Of a stretch of DNA of 64,000 bases, positions 29,432 to 39,000 are shown piece by piece. The stretch is from Candidatus Hydrogenedentota bacterium (lineage in GTDB: Bacteria > Hydrogenedentota > Hydrogenedentia > Hydrogenedentales > SLHB01): contig CAXXTH010000017.1 of NCBI GenBank assembly GCA_963668025.2, positions 1,536,001 through 1,600,000 of the forward strand, read 5' to 3'. Positions within the stretch are counted from its first letter, which is position 1. Each line of letters opens with the position of its first letter. The position numbers and the translations under genes are program-made. The notes under the pieces are model-generated. The model was not told where the DNA came from and made no database searches. It worked only from the letters and a program-made list of their open reading frames with translations.

Positions 29432-29673
29432 GGGCGTATGGGCAAAGTTTTGGCCGGTGGTCTGCCGGCTAAGGCAATGGGTATAAACGGGTAGGCCATT
29501 TTTGGAAACTCCCTGGGGGGGAGCGATGCATGCACAGCCACCTATGCGGAATGTGTGAGCACTGCGTTTTATGTGGGCGCTTTTGAAGTGATCTGCTGTT
29601 CATGTGGCTAGATGCCCCGAATGCAGCTTGTTTTATGGTACAAGTGGGGTAGGAAAAAGCGGAAGTCTGGACC

Positions 29674-30819
29674 GTGCGGACGCATGTAGGAGGTAGCGAT
29701 AACGTGGACATGAAACGGCCTAGCTGGCCCGGTGGCGAGCGGCGCGGGCTGACGCTCATCGAAATGATCATCGTCATGGCTATCGTAGTCATTCTATCTT
29801 CTATTGCCCTCCCGGGATTTATCCGGGCAGGCGCGTTTAACCGGGATGATCTAGGCGACAACGCCCGGGCCGTCTTCTCGGTGTTGCGGGCCGCACGCGT
29901 GTACGCGGCCACCTTCAATACCGACACCGCCGTCATTTATGCCCTCCTAAGCACTCCTGACAGCCGCCTGGACGTGGCCGACAGGGATGATTCCAGCCAA
30001 GCCCGCATGCAAATGGTGGCGGACGCCGTTGGCATGGCGCGCAGAATGACGGACGACGAATTAGAGGATCTGGAGCTGCTCCGCGCGGAAGCGAATCTGG
30101 CTGCGCTTTCGGATACGGAACGGGCAAAGTGCTATGTCCTCGTGAAGTCCGAAGAAGGGGAGCTGCGCCAGCTTTCCCCAAAAGCGGCGATCTGGGGCAA
30201 AGTGGACCTGGCTGGGCCGAACGCGGATCCCGATTACACCACCCTGCTCGAGTCGGAACAGCTCCTAGCACTAGACACCCAGAATAAAAAGAGCATACAT
30301 GGTTTACAGCTCGTGCGCCTCTACCGGGATGCCGGCGAGACGCAGGTCCAGGTGAATGTCTATAACAATTTGGGCCAGGTGACAGGCACGGAAGAAAAGA
30401 CCATCCAGGAGTATGATTTCATTTCGCCCCGCGCTACCGATTATACGTTATATCGCAAGGTGACGCCGGATGAAGGCGGGACGGCCATTGCGGATTTGGA
30501 CATGTATTTCCCGGCCCATGTGTTTAAGCCAAGCGGCGATATGCGCGTGGACTCGGGCACCACGACCGTGCGGTTTTCCTTGCTGGTCGGCATGGCTCCG
30601 ATGGCTTTGGTGAATGATCGTTTCTTGGATGCCGAAGTAACCGATTATTCCCCCTATTTATTGGACTCGGATGATACGGAAAGCGGCCCCGATCCCGAAA
30701 GCCCTGGCTACCTGGATGATCCCGATATCGCCGATGTAGCGGTACCGGCGGTGCGCATCGAAATGAACCAATTTACGGGCCGGGTGCGGGTAGCCGAGCA
30801 GGAGTATCCGTTGCAATGA
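29674..30819 (+). CDS. Enlarged minor pilin, GspH/FimU-like
   Basis: RG/LTLIEMIIVMAIVVIL..ALP, LRAAR..A, F.PSG, C-terminal TGRVRV. True start may be ATG 29710. Confidence 0.8.
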   Translation: MRTHVGGSDNVDMKRPSWPGGERRGLTLIEMIIVMAIVVILSSIALPGFIRAGAFNRDDLGDNARAVFSVLRAARVYAATFNTDTAVIYALLSTPDSRLDVADRDDSSQARMQMVADAVGMARRMTDDELEDLELLRAEANLAALSDTERAKCYVLVKSEEGELRQLSPKAAIWGKVDLAGPNADPDYTTLLESEQLLALDTQNKKSIHGLQLVRLYRDAGETQVQVNVYNNLGQVTGTEEKTIQEYDFISPRATDYTLYRKVTPDEGGTAIADLDMYFPAHVFKPSGDMRVDSGTTTVRFSLLVGMAPMALVNDRFLDAEVTDYSPYLLDSDDTESGPDPESPGYLDDPDIADVAVPAVRIEMNQFTGRVRVAEQEYPLQ

Positions 30820-31319
30820 GAAACAATCGAGGATTTACGCCGCTTGAAGTGTTGATTGCCATGGCGATACTGATCATCGGTATCGTGGGCGCATTCCAAC
30901 TGTTCCCGCGCGCGCTGGTCCAAGTGCGCATGGCGCGCGAGCAAGAGACGGCCTGCAATCTGGCCGATTCGCGCCTTGGCTATCTGCGCGCGGCGGGCGG
31001 CCGCATGCTGACCTATCGCTGGCGCGCCCCTCAAACCTATATGACCGGTGCAGTGCCAACGGATGGCACCGAAGAAATTGATGATGTGCGCCGCCAGACC
31101 GATTTCTCGGATCTGAGGAAGGATTCGCCCGCGTATTTCGAGATGGACCAAGCGACCGCTGATGCGCGGCTCGAATTGTATAAAGGCTATTCGACCACGG
31201 TGACTCGAGTAGGCGCGCTGCCCGTGGCGCATCTGCACCGGGCGGTGTTCACGGTGAATATGCCCTCGGGCAATGAAGTGCGCCCGCTGCGTTTTGTCAC
31301 CTATATCGCGGAACCTTGA
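30816..31319 (+). CDS. Minor pilin, PilV/GspI-like
   Basis: RG/FTPLEVLIAMAILIIG; overlaps the upstream stop (ATGA). Confidence 0.8.
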   Translation: MRNNRGFTPLEVLIAMAILIIGIVGAFQLFPRALVQVRMAREQETACNLADSRLGYLRAAGGRMLTYRWRAPQTYMTGAVPTDGTEEIDDVRRQTDFSDLRKDSPAYFEMDQATADARLELYKGYSTTVTRVGALPVAHLHRAVFTVNMPSGNEVRPLRFVTYIAEP

Positions 31320-31320
31320 G

Positions 31321-31430
31321 TAGGGTTTAGGGTCTTGGGTTTAGGGTTTAGGTTTTTTCCCCCCCGCTTACGGGGGAGTAAGTGGGGCATGATTTAGCCC
31401 CCCTGTTTCCCTCCATGAATGGGGGGATAA
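31321..31430. repeat. TTTAGGG-type heptamer run plus two C-run/G-run REP-like hairpins
   Basis: tagggTTTAGGGtcttgggTTTAGGGtttagg; CCCCCGcttaCGGGGG; CCCCCtgtttCCCTCCATgaATGGGGGG. Confidence 0.7.
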
Positions 31431-31456
31431 CGAGGTGTGGAGGTGATTTGGTGACC

Positions 31457-33040
31457 ATGGACGGCAAATGCAGGCGAGGCGGCTTTACGCTGCCGGAATT
31501 GCTGGTGGCCATGGTGGTCATGAGCGTGATTATGCTGTCGGTTGGGGCCTTGTTCGTGGCAAGCATCGGGGCCGCCAAATCGGGCTACCAGGGCATCGAC
31601 GCCAACAATGAATCCCGGACGCTTTTCTCGACGCTCGAACGGGACATCAACACGGCGTTTACGTCGCGGGATTACGGCGCGTATTACCAGTTCTACGGCA
31701 CGCCCATCGGCATGAGCTTCGTGGGCACAGTCCGCGCGTATGAAAAAACCGATTCCGCTGCGAATCTGGGCCGGGTGACGTATGTGCTGCATCTGACGCC
31801 AGAGGATGAAGGCCCCTCGTATTTCACCACAAAGGTGCTCGATGAGATGGGCACTCCAGATGACGCCACGGACGACGAGTGGAAAGAAGCCTATGTCATG
31901 ACCTGCTCCCTTCTTCGCTATTATGAATCTGGTGTGAGCGACTTAGATTCCTATCCTGTGAATTGGAAGGAGCTGCGCTCCGATCCGGAGTTCAATTACG
32001 CCAAGATTGACAGCGAATTCAGCGCCATCGAAAATCTAGCCAATATGGGCTGGGATCAAAAGACCATCGAGGAATTGCTGCGCGCGAAAAAGCGCCAGTT
32101 ATGGATTCGCATGTTGTCCGAAACGAATATGAATCTCGGCTCGGATTCTTTACCTCGTTTTTTCTCCACCGACGACGATACTGGCCTTATCACAAATAAG
32201 GCGGAGGATTATATCTTAACGGACAATATTTTACTGGGTGTGATTTTAGTGTCCGATGCGGAAAAACGATATGAGACCTTTTTGGAAACCCATCCTGATG
32301 GGACGATGGATGATTTGATGGCGCGGCTCCAATTGGATCTTCTTCGACTTGACAGCGATGACCATTTGTATGCGCCGGATGATTATGACGCCAATATCAG
32401 CGCGAATGAGGAAGATTCTATAGGTGATAAAACAATATTGCGCAAGCGGGCGGAATTCCAATATGGCTTCGCCGACGCGGGACGGACAATCACCATGCCG
32501 TATTGGAATGCCGATGGGTCGCTGCCCTCGACAAAGGCGTTCACCTATGAAAACTCTTATGCGGATACCGCGTCTTACCGAAGTTCCGGTTATCGCAAGG
32601 CGTTATCGCTAGGCGCGCCGGTCTTGGCTTATCCCGAGGATCCGGAGAGCCCGCTGTGGGGCGGCATTTATTACAAAACAACAGATACCGGCACCACGAC
32701 CGTGGATAATTCCGAGTACGACTATTTGTTCCCCTTCGATCAGACCGATCCGTCCAATACGGACCCCACGGAGAATCATCCCATTTGGCGGGCGTTTTTA
32801 TCAAACCCCAATAATGTAGCGTCGACTGAAACTTATTACCGTCCAGGCCCGGAACAGCGCAGCCCGATGGCTGCGAAGTTTGGCACGCCGTTGAATCCGC
32901 GCCTGCCGGAGATGGTGTATGTACGAGGCCGCTTAGCTTATAAGAGCACGCACATAGGCGGTTCGGATTTATTTTTACCTATTGATTACCTGATGGATGT
33001 CCCCGTGGGCCAAATGCGGACGAAATGGTGGGCGTCATAA
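31457..33040 (+). CDS. Enlarged minor pilin, PilW/GspJ-like (about 527 aa)
   Basis: GG/FTLPELLVAMVVM, LERDI..A, C-terminal LPEMVYV. Start moved from 31382 (GGAGG at about 31439). Confidence 0.8.
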   Translation: MDGKCRRGGFTLPELLVAMVVMSVIMLSVGALFVASIGAAKSGYQGIDANNESRTLFSTLERDINTAFTSRDYGAYYQFYGTPIGMSFVGTVRAYEKTDSAANLGRVTYVLHLTPEDEGPSYFTTKVLDEMGTPDDATDDEWKEAYVMTCSLLRYYESGVSDLDSYPVNWKELRSDPEFNYAKIDSEFSAIENLANMGWDQKTIEELLRAKKRQLWIRMLSETNMNLGSDSLPRFFSTDDDTGLITNKAEDYILTDNILLGVILVSDAEKRYETFLETHPDGTMDDLMARLQLDLLRLDSDDHLYAPDDYDANISANEEDSIGDKTILRKRAEFQYGFADAGRTITMPYWNADGSLPSTKAFTYENSYADTASYRSSGYRKALSLGAPVLAYPEDPESPLWGGIYYKTTDTGTTTVDNSEYDYLFPFDQTDPSNTDPTENHPIWRAFLSNPNNVASTETYYRPGPEQRSPMAAKFGTPLNPRLPEMVYVRGRLAYKSTHIGGSDLFLPIDYLMDVPVGQMRTKWWAS

Positions 33041-33058
33041 CGAGGCAGGCGGATTTGC

Positions 33059-36000
33059 ATGCTGGTTGAACAGCGCGTTTGCCGCGTGATGGCAGTAGCA
33101 CACAGACGTAAGATTGGGAATTTGCGCATGAGACGCCAACGCAATCATCAGGGCGCGGCCCTGCTCATCGCCGTGTCGATGTTGTTTATTCTGTTAGCCC
33201 TTGTCATTTATTTCTACACGGCCACCCGTTTCGAGTGGCGCATGGCCAGCAATAAACGCGACACGGTGCAGACCCAGTTCATCGCGGACGCGGGCCTTGC
33301 GATTGCGCAGGCGTATCTGCGCAACGACCTCGAAGCGCATCCCGCATATACCTCGAATGACCACGCCTGGAAATCTTTCTTCAACGGCGCGAGCCTGGCG
33401 CGTAAATCGTGGGCCTGGCCGCTCGATAACAATGACGACCTTATTCTGCCGGATAATCCCGAGTTTCTGCCTTCGGGCCGCCAAGGGCGCGCCGTGCCCC
33501 AGGTGCGCTTCGAAGCGCTGATGCGGAACGCCCAGAATGTCCGAGTAAGCCACCCCGAGCTTTCCCTGGAAACATTGCTGTTCGATTACACCATCCCGCG
33601 CCAAGACCCAAATTATTTGGACAAACAAGGCTTTCTCGATGAAAATGACTTGAACGATTTGGGCGACATCATTGGCACCCGCTACACGTTCGCCGCTGAC
33701 AATCTTCTCCTGGACAAAGACAAGAAGTACAGCTTCGCCACCCCCGAATTGTTTGACCCCTATGAAGACTGGAACGCATACACGAATCCCTATCTGACCG
33801 AGGCGGAAACCATCCACCGCTGGGCGGATGTGGACACGAATGGGGACGGCCTGCGCGACGCCGTGTGGATTCCCATACCGATAGACCTTCCATTCGACAG
33901 CGATGGCATCGACAACGACCTCGATGGCTGGGTCGATGAAGGCCCGAACATGGGCTCGGATGGCATCGACAATGATGGCGATGGCGAGATCGATGAATTT
34001 CTCGAAGGCAATCCGCCGGATGGCCTCGATAATGACGGGGACGGCATTATTGATGAGATGCCGGAAGAGGACCAGACGAATGGCATTGATGATGACGGCG
34101 ATGGCGATATTGATGAATCGGATGAGCTGAATATCCAGCCCGCGCCGGAAACCGCCGTTTTTGTGTATTTCGGCGGCGCGGATGGGCTCGATAATAACGG
34201 CGACGGGAATATTGACGATGCCTCCGAACAGCGCCTCTTCCTCACTTGCCCGCTCTACATCGACATCAATCGCGATGGCGATATTGATGATACGGACTTC
34301 GGTTACATCGGCAAAATCCGGATGGTGCAGCGCGATGCCGATACGGGCGAGGAGAAGATTGTCGAGCTTATTCCTAGCCCAGGCTCGACGGACGTGGATG
34401 TGCTGGATAATGATTACAGCCTGATCGTCAACGATTCTCGCGGCTATGTATACCCCAAGGATCCGGCTTATCAAACGGATGACGATCTCGCGAACGCGTA
34501 TCACATCATCAATTCCGACTATATCACGTCGCCCACGTTTGATATCGAGTTTGATGGCGAAACCATCAATGACGTGCCGTTTGTCATTACCTCGACCGGT
34601 GAACCGGTGTGCGAAGTGGCGGGCCGCGTGGCGGTGTGCATCACGGATGAATCGAGCAAGCCGAATATAAACTACGCGCATGCCCTCGCGTACCGGGATT
34701 TCCGCGTGACATCCAGCGATGATGGCGTCTTGACGCGGGCGCTGGATGAGGGCGCCAGCCCCTTCGAATATGACCTGCGCGTGCTGCCGGATATTGGCCA
34801 TATCCTGGGTGCTAACATTGCTTCCTTGCGCACCGGCGCGGCCGATGGCAAGGGATATAACGTGGACGCGGACGCCACGCAAAATCTGCCAAATGACGCG
34901 GCGTATGCGTTTGACGTGAGCCTGCCGGGATATGGGTTTACGGATGATGATGGCAACGCCTTCTGGATGTCCTATGACGGCCTGGATAACGATGGCGACG
35001 GTTTAGTGGATGAAGGCGTGGCGCTGCCTGCCGCACTCGATTATACCGGCGACGGCATTATTGATTATGACGATGGCGATGTAGGCGGCACGGCGAATAA
35101 TGGCCTGGATGACCGGTACGAATCCCTGCTGGGCCATTTCGAGGGCGTCGACGAGCCGCAGGAACTGCGCTTGTTCCGCCCCTACCGGAACCGGCTGGCG
35201 GAAAGCTCCGACGTAGACCTGGATGATAACGATGTCATCGGCGAGATCGGCCAGTTCGGCGACCGTTTCTACCAGACCCGCACCGAACTCAAGTTGGTGG
35301 ATGGCATCGGCGGAGAAATCTATAGCGACTTGGCGAACCTGTTCACCGTGCATTCCGCGGATAAAAATGACCGGTATAAATTCCTTGACTCCTCGTCCGC
35401 GGAGTTGGAAACGCCGGAATTGAGCGGCCTGAAGCTGAATTACAATTATGCCGTGGCGGACCAGATCGCCACCGCGCTGATCAGCGATTTTGGCTATGCT
35501 TCGTCGGTGACACGTCCGGAAGGAGATCTAGACACGCCGGCCAAGCTGCGGACCGCGTTCTCGGAGGGTTTGCGCCTCGAAGGGCTTACATTTAAATCGC
35601 TAGACGCCAGCGGGACGGCGGCGACGAGTTTGCTGGCAAGCACGCTAAAAGAATTCGCCTACGACGGCGAATTGCGGGCGTCGCAGTTGGCGGTCAATGC
35701 CGAGGACAACCGCGACCTTAATCATGCGCGCACCGAACGCATCACCACCACGCCGGATGATTGGTGGAACAAAGAGATCGACACCAACGCCAACCGGCAA
35801 ATCACCTATGCCAATACCGGCGTTGAAAGCATCCGCATCAATGAAGTCATGGTGCGCGCCACGCGCCGCGTCGAGGCGGAAATGCTGGCGGCCTTGCCAT
35901 CCACCACCGAAGAACAAGAATATAAACGCTGGTATCCGAAAGGGGCTACGCAAGAATACCGTCCCGCGAATTTCCTGGTGAATCTATTTTCGGGCCTGGC

Positions 36001-39000
36001 GAATTATCCCGATTTCAATATGGTGCGGGAAGCCATTCCGCTATCGCGCATTAGCAGCGCGCAGGAAGGCACCGGCGGGGATACGTATGATATTGGCGAT
36101 GCCGTAACCGCCCATGGCTGGCCAGGAGCGGCGCAGACTATTGGCGCGCTTCCGACGCCGTATGGCTATTCCGTCGGAATTCTGGGCCGCCATTACGACA
36201 CGTATGTGACGCAATACAACGCCAATCCGTTGAGCAATGCGTATGACGCCTACATGCTGGCCCCATATGTAGGCCCGGCGTCCTACGTGGGCTTCCAAGC
36301 GCCCGTGCTTACCATGGACGCCAGCAATACGAATCCCTCTTACGAGGGGCGCATCAGCGCCACTTCGCTTTATATTCGAGATAATTCCTACGATGCTGAT
36401 CTTGACAGGTATGGCTACCATGATGTTCCCAACATAGTTCAGTTCCGCTTCGGCCCGAGTCCCGCGTTGCCGCCAGGCCGGTATTACCTGATGGTGAACA
36501 CCTCGAAAAACGGCAATGGCAATACGCTGGCCACCAAAACCAATGCGACGGTGCTTAAAGGCAAGGAAGACAAGCTTCAATATGTAATTAAGTACGGCTC
36601 TGCGGCCAACGATATCATGAGCGATGCGATTGGAGACACCATCAAATTCGCTGATTTCCTGGGCAAAGGCAATGGCGAGAGTTATGCGGAAGCCGCCGAA
36701 TTTCAGCCTTTGCTGGGCACTCCCATTGTAGGTGCCAGGAAAGCGATGGATTTAGCTACCCCTGCGGGGGTGGATGTGGAAACGGGTTATATGTTTTTGC
36801 CTGCGTTGAGCCAGCCGTATACGACTGCTACGCTGCCGACAGGCCTCGATTCGACGTATACGGATCTCTACGATAATTACTGCATGCGCCCTGAATTCAA
36901 CGCCTACACCGTCGTAATCCCGCCATATGCGGCGGAGGGCGCGGAACAAGACTACCTCTATGTGGGCATCTGGAAAGATCCGGCCTATGCGGATGAAGAC
37001 CTGGCCATCAACTGGTTCGAGTTCAGCCAAGAGCCGGACCACGAGTGGGTCGAGCTGGCGAACGTGGGCGCTGAGGCGGTGGACGTGCGCGGGTGGACCC
37101 TCGAGGTCGGGCAGTTCGGCGATCCCTACCATGAAGACGACCACTTCGTGATGCGCATCGGCCAGCCGCGTGATTCGGAAGGCGCGCTGTATCCGGATGA
37201 CAAGATCGAGATCGCGCCCGGCGGCACGCTGCTGCTGGCGATGGATAAATACGATGTGGGCGCGGACCAATACGCCCAATCCGATAGCTGGCCCAATGAT
37301 TACGGCGTGCTGTTCCGCAATGGCATCGGATTGTGCGCCACGAATACTTCGACGACCAGCACGCAATGGAAAGTGAAACCGCGCACGGACTCCACCAGCA
37401 CAATCGAGCGGTATGGATTTCCCATGTTCGGATTGGTAAATGCCCCTCTAGGCGAAAGCGTCACCGTGCCGCAATCGCCGATGTTTGACCCGCGTCCCTC
37501 GTTGACGACTGGCTTGGCGAATCCGAATTTGAACAGGCCGTTCAATAATCTCGGAAGTGTCTTTTTCCGGCCCATGGCGTCCACTGTGGTGGGCAGCATT
37601 GACGCCGCCGCCGTTTATAAGGATTTCATTGATCGCGACGGGGACGGCGTAGCCGATTTGAGCACGTTGGATTCGGCCACGCAGGAAACGGCGGCGTATG
37701 GCAGTTTCCCGAATGATTATCCGCCGGGCTATGACTACATAGACACCACCTCGGCATCCACCAATATGTTCAGCACACTCACCGAGACGTTCACGGATGG
37801 CCGGGTGCGCCAGATATGGCCCACAAAGGGCGAAAAGCCGTGGGACCGCATTGTGCAGGTGGAATCGTCGCGGCTGCGCTATCTGTCGAGCCTGGAAGAT
37901 TTGGCCGATATGGTGCTGGATGGCGGCGTGCTGCCGAATTACCCCGAGGAAGATTATTCGGACAACGACAGCGACTACTCCGTGCTGGCGGACCTGCATG
38001 CGGGCTGGGGCAGCGACCAGATCGACAACGATTCCGATGATGAGACAGACGAAGATGATGAGCAAGAACTGGATGCCGAGGGATTAGGCGACGGCGTGGA
38101 CAATGACGGCGACGGCGTCGTCGATGAAGCGGGCGAGGGCACGGATGAAGGCCGTGCGCGCCTGTATGCCAAGCGTATGGAAGATCCGCTCTCGGATGTC
38201 GTCACCACGAAATACGCCAAGCCTATTCCAGGCGCATTGGATTCCCGGCAAGCCGCGTTCCGGGTCGGATACTACGAGTCCGCCACATCGACGGATATCG
38301 AATACCACTCGCTTACCGAAGGCCAAGATATTGTTTCTTCAGGAAATGATAACTATGAATCTGATTATGACTATCTGGGCAACGCCGCGGACTCCCCCGA
38401 GTGGAAGGCGTTCACGGAACGACGGTATTTCCCCGGCGATTGCGTGGTGCTGACGCTCTACGAAGGCGCGGTGGGCAATGGCCGCATCGTGGACCGCCTG
38501 ACCTATACCCAGCGCGATGTCGAGAACCGTTCGGATGAGGATCTCGAGCTGGACGCCAATTACGCGGGATGCACGTATACGGACGAGGCGGGCAATCGCG
38601 TGGCGCATTATGGTTCCACGGTAACGCCGGCTATTTGGCCGGACAACACCATGGGCGTGGACTTCTATCGCAGCCTTGAACGGAAACACCCGTTGTATAC
38701 GGGCGACCTGCACGGCACGCAGAACCGCTGGGAGGCCACGGATGGCAATTATGACGATTGGGATTCCGGGCAGGGCCCGTCGTTCTTGAGCGCTTCCGCA
38801 GTCATCCCATGGACCAGCGGACTGGGAGTGGACACGCCCTATACCGGGTATGCGCCGAATGTGTCCGGCTCGCCGCTACGAATGAATTTCTACCAGAAGG
38901 GCATGGAAGCGGAACCGAATTCCACGGACGCGGCGCTGAATCACTTCTACAATACAGCGGCGGCTGAGAATCAGCGGCCATTGCGTACGCTACGGGATGC

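Noticed and set aside
31321-31352. TTTAGGG run as plant-telomere contamination or an assembly junction
   Set aside because: Only about four imperfect units, and the flanking pilin genes continue in the expected order.
33901-34220. Repeat-spacer-like periodicity suggesting a CRISPR array
   Set aside because: The repeats are in frame, degenerate at third codon positions and encode DGxDNDGDG motifs; no cas genes are present.
33194-34882. 562-aa minus-strand ORF, and similar ones at 44094-45629, 7130-8275, 23982-25082 and 14968-15897
   Set aside because: Antisense shadows of GC-rich plus-strand genes with clear motifs; they have no recognisable domains of their own.
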